A stretch of DNA of 54,599 nt from Coriobacteriales bacterium (GTDB lineage: Bacteria > Actinomycetota > Coriobacteriia > Coriobacteriales > UBA8131), in contig JAISUQ010000060.1 in NCBI GenBank assembly GCA_031272005.1, forward strand, positions 1 through 54,599. Direction: 5' to 3'. Below are positions 43,240 to 50,210 of the stretch, one piece after another (position 1 is the stretch's first letter; every line of letters starts with the position of its first letter). The translations under genes and the position numbers were made by a program. A model generated the notes under the pieces. That model was given only the letters and a program-made list of their open reading frames with translations. It ran no database searches and had not been told where the DNA came from.

Positions 43240-44310
43240 ATGCAGGAATTATCGAGAAGGAAGTTCATCCAAGCGGCCGCCGTGGCCACAGCCGCCGCCG
43301 GCCTGGCCACCACCGGCCTGGCTGGTTGCCAGCAGCAGGCCGCCGACGACCAGGCCGCTGCAACGGATGGCGCCGATGCCAGCACCGACGCCAGCAGCGC
43401 TCCAGAGAAGATCCCCGTCACCGTAGGCTACTGGGGCGGCACCTGCGAGTCACCCATCTTCATCGGCGTGGAGCAGGGCATCTTCGAGGAGGAAGGCCTG
43501 GATGTCGACGTGCTGCAAATCACGGCCGACGTAGCCCCGCTGATGGCCAACGACGAGCTGGACTGCTTCGAGCTGACGCCGGATAAGTTCAAGCCGATCC
43601 AAAACGGCCTGGAGGTCAAGATCATCGACTCGCTGCACATCGGCTGCATCGGCGGCGCCGCCTCGGTGGAAAGCGGCATCAAGACCGTGGCCGACCTGGA
43701 GGGCAAGACGGTAGCCGCCTCCATCGGCTCCATCCCCCAGATCCAGATTGCCTCCCAGATGGTCCTGGCCGGCAAGGACCCCAACAAGGTCAACTGGGTG
43801 ACTTATCCCAACGCCGAGATGGAACTGGCCCTGGACAACGGCGAGATCGATGCCTTTGCCGCCTACGACCCCTTCCCCTCGATGGCCTGGGAAAACGGCA
43901 AGGTACGCTTCTTCTCCAACACCTATGACGAGGGGCTCAAGGAGTACCTCTGCTGCTTCGTAGGCCTCTCCGACCGCGCTCTGAACCGGGAGAACGGCAC
44001 CGAGCTGGCCCGCCGCCTCTCCGCCGCCTTCAAGCGCAGCTGCGCCTTTTTGCAGGAGAATCCCGATGAGGCCGCCCAGATCGTCCAGACGGCCGGCTAC
44101 ATCGCCGGCGACGCCGAGATGAACGCCCATTGCATCAGCGAGTACACCTGGGTGGCCGGCGACAAACAGCTGCTTGACGATAGCGTCTACGAGATCTGGA
44201 TGCAGATCTACCGCGCCGGCGCCCTGGAGGAAGCCCCCAAAGACGAGGCCGAGCTGGACGCCTACATCAAGGAGCTACGCGCCGGCATGGTCGCCTACTA
44301 CGGCGACTGA
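43240..44310 (+). CDS. Tat-exported lipoprotein, NMT1/THI5/SsuA-like ABC substrate-binding protein, Cys-rich
   Basis: The ATG follows RBS AAAGGAGG. The twin-arginine motif is SRRKFIQ and the lipobox is GLAGC. 356 aa. I counted seven Cys in the mature part, including a vicinal CC (EYLCCFVG). Confidence 0.8.
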   Translation: MQELSRRKFIQAAAVATAAAGLATTGLAGCQQQAADDQAAATDGADASTDASSAPEKIPVTVGYWGGTCESPIFIGVEQGIFEEEGLDVDVLQITADVAPLMANDELDCFELTPDKFKPIQNGLEVKIIDSLHIGCIGGAASVESGIKTVADLEGKTVAASIGSIPQIQIASQMVLAGKDPNKVNWVTYPNAEMELALDNGEIDAFAAYDPFPSMAWENGKVRFFSNTYDEGLKEYLCCFVGLSDRALNRENGTELARRLSAAFKRSCAFLQENPDEAAQIVQTAGYIAGDAEMNAHCISEYTWVAGDKQLLDDSVYEIWMQIYRAGALEEAPKDEAELDAYIKELRAGMVAYYGD

Positions 44311-44337
44311 GGGTTGCGCGGAGAAGACCCGGCAGCA

Positions 44338-45525
44338 ATGACTTCGGCAACGGGAGCGGCGACGGCAACGGCGGCAACGACGACAACGGCAACAGCGGCA
44401 GCGGCAACGGCAACAACGGCAACGGCGACAGCAGCGGCAGCGGCAACGGCAACAGCGACAGCAGCGGCAGCGACAGCGGCAGCAACGTCAGCGCCACCAG
44501 CCACTGCTGGCGCGCCGGTTAAGACGCCAGGCCGGGCGGTTGCGCCAGCAGGCGGCAAGGGTCTCCATGCCCGCCTGCTGGCCGCCCTGGCTGGCGAGAC
44601 GCTGGATTTTGCGGAAGCGCTGGCGTTGTACACCATGCCGGAGGACAGCCCCCAAGCCCAGGCGCTCATCTCCGCCGCCCGTCTGCTGACCCGCCAGGCC
44701 AACGGTGGGCGCGGGCAGGTCTTCGCCCAGATCGGCCTGGACGCCCTGCCCTGCCCGGAGATGTGCCAGTATTGCAGCTTCGCCGCCAACAGCACGGCCC
44801 TGGAGGCTCGCGACGTCCTCAGTCTGGATGAGGTAGTGGCCTATGCCCGCGCCTTCGATGCGGCCGGTATCCACCTGGTGTCTTTGATGGCCACGGCGGC
44901 TTGTGACTTTCAGCGCTATTTGGCGATAACCGCCGCTGTGCGCCAGGTGCTGCAGCCCAGCGTGCCGATCCTGGCCAACCTCGGTGACCTGGACGCCGGG
45001 CAGGCCCAGGCGCTGCGCCAGGCCGGTGCCAACGCCATCTACCATGCTGTGCGCCTTGGCGAGGGTTCAATCACCAACATCGACCCGACCCGTCGCTGGC
45101 AGACCATCTCCCATGCCAGCCTGGCTGGCCTGAAGCTGATGACCGGCGTCGAGCCGCTTTACGAGCAGCAACAGCCTCAGGACGTGGTAAACCGGATGTT
45201 CGAGACCCTACGCAGCGGTGCGCTGTGTACCGGTTGCTGCCCGCTGGTGCCGGTGGTCGGCACGCCGCTGGCCGATGCCGGCTGCACGCCACCAACACCC
45301 CAGCGTCGCCAGCTTATCGGCGCCATCTATCGCCTGGTAATCGGCACCAGCATCCCCTTCGGCCTGGGTGGCATCAGCTGGGTGGACGCCGGCACCAACC
45401 CCCGCGGTCGCCACCTGAGCAAAGACCCTGCCGAACTGCAGCGTCAGGTGGCGGAGAAGAAGCAGGCTCTGGCCGCCGAGGGTTGGAGCATCCCCGCGCG
45501 CCCGCTGCCGGAATGGCAGGCCTGA
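44338..45525 (+). CDS. Radical SAM protein, BioB-fold, paralogue 2, with an Ala/Thr low-complexity N-terminus
   Basis: CX3CX2C motif CPEMCQYCSF. It shares AQIGL, P[LI]LAN.GD, AG.N..YHAVR.GEG, AGL.L.T.VEP, GTNPR and AGW motifs with paralogue 1. There is no in-frame start codon between about 44338 and the conserved core, so the ~50-aa (A/T)n tract appears to be translated. A TTG at 44314 is an alternative start. Confidence 0.75.
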   Translation: MTSATGAATATAATTTTATAAAATATTATATAAAAATATATAAAATAAATSAPPATAGAPVKTPGRAVAPAGGKGLHARLLAALAGETLDFAEALALYTMPEDSPQAQALISAARLLTRQANGGRGQVFAQIGLDALPCPEMCQYCSFAANSTALEARDVLSLDEVVAYARAFDAAGIHLVSLMATAACDFQRYLAITAAVRQVLQPSVPILANLGDLDAGQAQALRQAGANAIYHAVRLGEGSITNIDPTRRWQTISHASLAGLKLMTGVEPLYEQQQPQDVVNRMFETLRSGALCTGCCPLVPVVGTPLADAGCTPPTPQRRQLIGAIYRLVIGTSIPFGLGGISWVDAGTNPRGRHLSKDPAELQRQVAEKKQALAAEGWSIPARPLPEWQA

Positions 45526-45529
45526 AGCC

Positions 45530-46720
45530 ATGCCTGTACACCGCGCCGGCCAGCCCAAGGTCTACCTGGATAACAGCTCCACCAGCTTCCCCAAGCCACC
45601 GGGTGTGGTCAAGGCGGTGACCGAGTACCTGGAGGATGTCGGCTGCAACCTCAACCGCACCGGCTTTGCCACCAGCTGCGTGCTGAACAAGCGCACCCGC
45701 GAAGCCCGCACCCGCTTGGCACGCCTGTTCAATTATCCCGAGTTCAAGCACGTCTGCTTCACCACAGGTATTACCACCAGCCTGAACATCGCCCTCAAAG
45801 GTCTGCTCAAGCGCGGCGACCACGTGCTGATCTCGCACATGGAGCACAACGCCGTGACCCGGCCGCTGTTCCAACTGCGTCGCCGGGGCGTCAGCTTCAG
45901 CTTCATCCCCTGCGCCAGCGACGGCACCCTTGATCCAGCCAGCATCCCGCCGCTGCTCAAGCCCAACACCCGCGCCATCTGCTGTCTGCACGGCTCCAAT
46001 GTCTGCGGCACCATCCTGCCGATCCGCCAGATTGGCGCCATCGCCCGCGAGGCCGGTTTGCTGTTCATCGTCGACAGCGCCCAGAGCGCCGGTGTGCTGC
46101 CCATCGACATGCAGGCCGATAACATCGACGTCCTCTGCTTCGCTGCCCACAAGGGCCTGCTCGGCCCGCCCGGCGTCGGCGGCCTGATTCTGCGCCCGGA
46201 GTTGGGCAGCCGCATCGAGCCTTTGGTGGTCGGCGGCACCGGGGTCTTCTCCGAGGAGGACAAAGTGCCAGACGACCTGCCGATGCATCTGGAGAGCGGC
46301 ACGCCCAACCTGATGGGCTACTATGGCCTGGCGGCTGCCCTGCGCTGGCTGGAGAAGACCGGCATCGAGCGCATCCACGCCCGGGAGGTGGAGCTCTACG
46401 AGCATCTGCTGGCCGGCCTGCAGCAGTTGGACAGCCTGTGCATCCACGGCACTCAGGACAGTCGCACTTCGCTGTGCGTTTTGGCGGTCACCGCGCCGGG
46501 TTTGGACATCGGCCAGGTGGCTTGGCGGCTGGATTCCAAGCATCGGGTGAGCACCCGCTGCGGCCTGCACTGTGCGCCTTGGGCCAACCGGGCCATCGGC
46601 ACCTGGCCCACCGGTACTCTGCGCCTTTCGCCCGGCTACTTCACCAAACCCCGTGAGTTGGACTATGCTGTAAGCGCATTGGAGGAATCGCTATGGTACG
46701 TGCGCAAGCAGACGAGGTGA
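45530..46720 (+). CDS. Class V aminotransferase / cysteine desulfurase (SufS/CsdA/selenocysteine-lyase-like)
   Basis: 396 aa. It has YLDNSSTSFP, FAAHKGLLGP (PLP lysine) and STRCGLHCAP (active-site Cys loop). Confidence 0.85.
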   Translation: MPVHRAGQPKVYLDNSSTSFPKPPGVVKAVTEYLEDVGCNLNRTGFATSCVLNKRTREARTRLARLFNYPEFKHVCFTTGITTSLNIALKGLLKRGDHVLISHMEHNAVTRPLFQLRRRGVSFSFIPCASDGTLDPASIPPLLKPNTRAICCLHGSNVCGTILPIRQIGAIAREAGLLFIVDSAQSAGVLPIDMQADNIDVLCFAAHKGLLGPPGVGGLILRPELGSRIEPLVVGGTGVFSEEDKVPDDLPMHLESGTPNLMGYYGLAAALRWLEKTGIERIHAREVELYEHLLAGLQQLDSLCIHGTQDSRTSLCVLAVTAPGLDIGQVAWRLDSKHRVSTRCGLHCAPWANRAIGTWPTGTLRLSPGYFTKPRELDYAVSALEESLWYVRKQTR

Positions 46721-47484
46721 GACAAAACACCCTCACTTCCAGCCAGGCTGCCATTCAACAACACTATGCAGAAGTGGCTGAAGAAGTGACTGAAGAAGTG
46801 GCTGAGATTGCCGCCTCTGGCAGCTGCTCGGCCGACCGCGGCTGCGGCAAGCCGCTGGAGCGCGCCGCCCTGCAACCTGGCGAGGTGGTGCTGGATCTGG
46901 GCTGTGGCGCCGGCAGCGAATTGCTGGCGGCCGCCGCGCAGGTAGGGGAGAGTGGCCAGGTTTTCGGCCTGGACATGACCCCGCAGATGCTGGCCCTGGC
47001 ACAAAGCCGCGTCGAGCAAGCCGGCTTCAGCAACATCAAGCTGCTCCCGGGCCTGATCGAGAACATCCCGCTGGCGGATGCCAGCGTGGATGTGGTCATC
47101 TCCAACTGTGTGCTCAACCTCTGCGATGATAAACCACGGGCATTGGCCGAGGCTGCCCGCGTGCTGCGCCCCGCAGGTCGCCTCTGCATCGCCGATATCA
47201 TCCTCGTTGCCGCCGACCTGCCGCTTGAGACCCGCCGCCTCACCGCGCCCATCCTCGGCTGCACCAACGGCGTCCTGACCACCGCCGAGTACCTGGCCGC
47301 GCTGGCCGCCGCCGGCTTCAGCGACGCCAGCGTGGAGCCTTACCGCCCCTACGCCGCCCGCACCCTGCTGCAGCGCGCCGAGCAACGCGGCCACAATGAG
47401 GCTCTGGCACATCTCTCCAGCACCATCCGCCAACGCAGCGTAGACAACGCCTTCGCCGCCGCCAACATCCAAGCCCGCAAATAG
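46693..47484 (+). CDS. SAM-dependent methyltransferase, arsenite methyltransferase (ArsM)-like
   Basis: 263 aa with RBS GGAGGAA. It overlaps the desulfurase gene by 28 nt. Motif I is VLDLGCGAG. VISNCVLNLCDDKP and ILGCTNG resemble ArsM Cys-containing motifs, and there is an N-terminal Cys pair SGSCSADRGC. Confidence 0.75.
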   Translation: MVRAQADEVRQNTLTSSQAAIQQHYAEVAEEVTEEVAEIAASGSCSADRGCGKPLERAALQPGEVVLDLGCGAGSELLAAAAQVGESGQVFGLDMTPQMLALAQSRVEQAGFSNIKLLPGLIENIPLADASVDVVISNCVLNLCDDKPRALAEAARVLRPAGRLCIADIILVAADLPLETRRLTAPILGCTNGVLTTAEYLAALAAAGFSDASVEPYRPYAARTLLQRAEQRGHNEALAHLSSTIRQRSVDNAFAAANIQARK

Positions 47485-47491
47485 CCAGCCG

Positions 47492-47577
47492 CCGCCATGC
47501 GGCCGACCCGCTGCCGGCACGCGACCGCCATGCGGCCGACCCGCAACCGACCCGCAACCGACCCGCGACCGACACGC
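47492..47577. repeat. Direct repeats after the methyltransferase stop: a 20-mer x2 plus an 11-bp tandem array
   Basis: CCGCCATGCGGCCGACCCGC occurs at 47492-47511 and 47525-47544. This is followed by (G/A)(G/A)CCGACCCGC tandem units from 47534 to 47566 and one degenerate unit to 47577. Confidence 0.8.
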
Positions 47578-47745
47578 CGCACCACTCGGTGCATGTTGTC
47601 CCAAACGCCAAAAAAAGTGTCCTCTGGCAAAGATTCTAACCAATAGGGTGATGTTTGCGACGGCGGATTCTGGTTTGATGGCAAGTAGCGCAATCGGGGC
47701 GGATTGGCTGCCTCGACGACTCACTCGTTTGAAGGGAGAGTGTCG

Positions 47746-47979
47746 ATGATGGAAGCAAGCAAGGGCGGGGTAAAAACCGGCAACCGTTTTGGCAAAACCA
47801 AGGTGCTGCTGCTGTTTCTGGCAGCGGCTTTCGCCGTGCTGGCGGTCCTCGGAGTGCTCCAGGCCACCGGCGTCTGGAAGACTGCCGCCGTCAATCCCAG
47901 CTGGTCTGCACCAGCATTCTACGTGGTACTGTTGGGCATCACCTTGGTGATTCGGGGCGTGCTCAGCCGGTTGCGCTGA
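47746..47979 (+). CDS. Small two-TM hypothetical membrane protein
   Basis: 77 aa from MMEASKGG (RBS GGGAGAG). It has two hydrophobic helices. I recognise no family. Confidence 0.45.
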   Translation: MMEASKGGVKTGNRFGKTKVLLLFLAAAFAVLAVLGVLQATGVWKTAAVNPSWSAPAFYVVLLGITLVIRGVLSRLR

Positions 47980-48079
47980 TAACTCGGATCAGCCATAGTC
48001 GAAATAGGCTGAGCTCTCCGGCCGCCGGCACAGCGACGACGCGCTGAGCGCTGGCGGCACCAGAGCACAACAACCAAGG

Positions 48080-48123
48080 GCTGGGCGGCGGATAAAACCC
48101 CAACCGCAGCAAAGCCGCCCAGC
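48080..48123. other. Perfect 10-bp stem hairpin GCTGGGCGGC-N24-GCCGCCCAGC
   Basis: Read directly from the sequence. It lies downstream of the small membrane gene and has no T-run. Confidence 0.4.
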
Positions 48124-48194
48124 GGGTGCACAGGCTGAACTATCCCCAAACCATGCCAACGCATAGCGACCCATTTGCTCGCTGAAATACAAAC

Positions 48195-48328
48195 TCAGCG
48201 CTGAAAGCAAAAAAACCGATTTCAACGCTAAGTAAAATCTTATGCTATACTAAATCAGCACCATAATGGCATAAAGGCAAGTCTATTAAACTCAGCGCTG
48301 AAATCAAAAAATCACGTTTCAGCGCTGA
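48195..48328. promoter_or_regulatory. Three copies of the perfect 10-bp palindrome TCAGCGCTGA, plus one degenerate copy, upstream of the ATPase gene
   Basis: Perfect copies are at 48195-48204, 48292-48301 and 48319-48328. The degenerate copy TCAACGCTAA is at 48222-31. The flanks are conserved (AAACTCAGCGCTGAAA). The last copy ends 16 nt before the ATG at 48345. Confidence 0.55.
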
Positions 48329-48344
48329 GTATAAGGATGAAACC

Positions 48345-49784
48345 ATGGAGATTATTGGCAGGCAACGCGAACAAAAAATCCTTCAACGCTGTCTGGAGTC
48401 AAAAAAGCCTGAATTCATTGCCGTTTACGGGCGACGCCGGGTCGGTAAGACATATCTGATTAGGGAGTATTTTACCAACCGCATCGTGTTTTCGATGACT
48501 GGCACACCCAAAGCCAGCCAGAAGGCACAGTTGGAAGGCTTTGACGATGCCTTGCAGGATGCTGGCGGCGAGGTACAGGTGCCGACACAGAACTGGAATC
48601 AGGCATTCAAACTGTTGCGCCTATTGCTGAAACAGCGGATATCAGACCCGCAGCGCAATGGTAAACTGGTCGTATTCATCGACGAGCTCCCCTGGTTGGC
48701 CACGCAGCGTTCAGGTTTTGTCCAGGCTTTGGAGCATTTTTGGAACAGTTGGGCATCATCGCGTCCAGAACTGATTCTGGTAGTCTGCGGCTCTGCGACT
48801 TCATGGATTATCAACAATCTGATTCATGAGCACGGTGGTTTACACAACCGGGTGACACGTCAGCTCAGGCTGGAGCCCTTTTCACTTTGCGAGTGCGAAC
48901 AATACCTGGAGTATCTTGGGCTGGCCTATACCCATCAACAGATTGCTGAATTGTATATGGTTACCGGCGGCATTCCGTACTATCTGGATTATCTGGAACC
49001 CGGAAAAAGCGTGGCGCAGAATATCGATGCCATGTTCTTTGCTGTTGGCGCGCCGTTGCTGCACGAGTTCGACGACCTCTATGCCTCGCTGTTCAAGAAC
49101 CCCGGTCATCATATTGCAGTGGTTGCTACGCTGGCAGCACATAAAAGCGGCCTGACGCAAAGTGAACTGGCAAAGTCAGCTAAAATCAAAGCCGGTGGCA
49201 CACTCTCAAAAACCCTGCAGGAACTCGAGCAGTGCGGCTTTATTGTCAAACAGAACGATTTTATGAGTAAGCGTATCCAGTACTACAGACTTGTTGACTT
49301 CTATACGTGGTTCTACTTCAAGCATGTCAAAGCTGTCAATGCTCAGGAGCACAACTATTGGCAGGCACGGAGTCGCAAGGGTGAACTTCTGTCTTGGAAT
49401 GGCCTGGCCTTTGAGCGGCTTTGCGAGGCTCACCTCGCCCAAATCAAGCAACGATTGGGCATCGCAGGTATTAGTGTCAAAACCAGTGCCTGGCGCAGCC
49501 GCGAATCCAGGCCAGCGGTGCAGATTGACATGATTATCAGTCGCGAGGACGGTATCATCAATCTCTGTGAAATGAAGTTCTCGGATGCACCCTACGCGAT
49601 TGGAGCCAAGGAGGCTGAGGATTTGAGCTACAAACTGAGCGTGTTCGCCAGTGAGACCAGAACAAGAAAAGCCCTGCATCTGACCATGGTTGCCAGCCAG
49701 GGGTTATCGTCAGGCTCATACCGCGGCGACATACAATCCGTTATCACCTTAAGTGACCTCTTCATGCCACTGCTGACACTTTAG
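48345..49784 (+). CDS. AAA-type ATP-binding protein (archaeal-ATPase / ATPase_2 family with a DUF234-like C-terminus)
   Basis: 479 aa. Walker A is YGRRRVGKT and Walker B is VVFIDELPW. GC is visibly lower than in the surrounding genes. Confidence 0.75.
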   Translation: MEIIGRQREQKILQRCLESKKPEFIAVYGRRRVGKTYLIREYFTNRIVFSMTGTPKASQKAQLEGFDDALQDAGGEVQVPTQNWNQAFKLLRLLLKQRISDPQRNGKLVVFIDELPWLATQRSGFVQALEHFWNSWASSRPELILVVCGSATSWIINNLIHEHGGLHNRVTRQLRLEPFSLCECEQYLEYLGLAYTHQQIAELYMVTGGIPYYLDYLEPGKSVAQNIDAMFFAVGAPLLHEFDDLYASLFKNPGHHIAVVATLAAHKSGLTQSELAKSAKIKAGGTLSKTLQELEQCGFIVKQNDFMSKRIQYYRLVDFYTWFYFKHVKAVNAQEHNYWQARSRKGELLSWNGLAFERLCEAHLAQIKQRLGIAGISVKTSAWRSRESRPAVQIDMIISREDGIINLCEMKFSDAPYAIGAKEAEDLSYKLSVFASETRTRKALHLTMVASQGLSSGSYRGDIQSVITLSDLFMPLLTL

Positions 49785-50088
49785 GCACTGATTGATTCCA
49801 ACTATGACAACTCCTGCTGAGGCACAATTCATTGCGCACTTTCGAGTGTAGCGTTAACGCAGGTCGCAGCGCGCGATGAAGCTTGACCTCTTCGATGTGG
49901 ATTTCCAACCAATCTATCAGGAGTTTGTGCTGTTTAGCCGGTAAAGTGCCAGCCAACAAGTTGCCATCAATGTTATAGACAGCCGCAAACTCGGCATATT
50001 TTACATGCTCGTGTGGTTCATTGCGTTGTACCACATCGTGGAAGAATAAGCGGACGATCAAACTGTCGATGCTGGCAAGCTCTGGCAA
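49762..50088 (-). CDS. DUF4160-family small protein
   Basis: TTG start at 50088 (MPELASIDSLIVRLFFHDVVQRNEPHEHVKYAEFAAVYNI.DGNLLAGTLPAKQHKLLIDWLEIH) after GGAG. The pattern matches DUF4160 (IV.MYF.D...H..PH.H..Y.E..A...I..G..L.G.LP......V..W...H). The longer track ORF runs into the leuS promoter and start region on the opposite strand. Its 3-prime end overlaps the ATPase gene by 23 nt (convergent). Confidence 0.6.
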   Translation of the reverse strand: MPELASIDSLIVRLFFHDVVQRNEPHEHVKYAEFAAVYNIDGNLLAGTLPAKQHKLLIDWLEIHIEEVKLHRALRPALTLHSKVRNELCLSRSCHSWNQSVPKVSAVA

Positions 50089-50210
50089 CACGGGCTCCAG
50101 TCTCAAATGAAGCCAGTATAGCTTCTGGAGTGCAGCCTTAACTGGAGTATAGCAGGTAAACCTGCGGGAGATTGGGTATACTGGTTTCTCACCGTTCAGG
50201 AGGAGAAAAC

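Noticed and set aside
50089-50210. A T-box leader upstream of leuS.
   Set aside because: The spacer is only about 120 nt, shared with the divergent DUF4160 gene. No specifier-loop or T-box (AANNNGGUGGNACC-like) sequence is recognisable.
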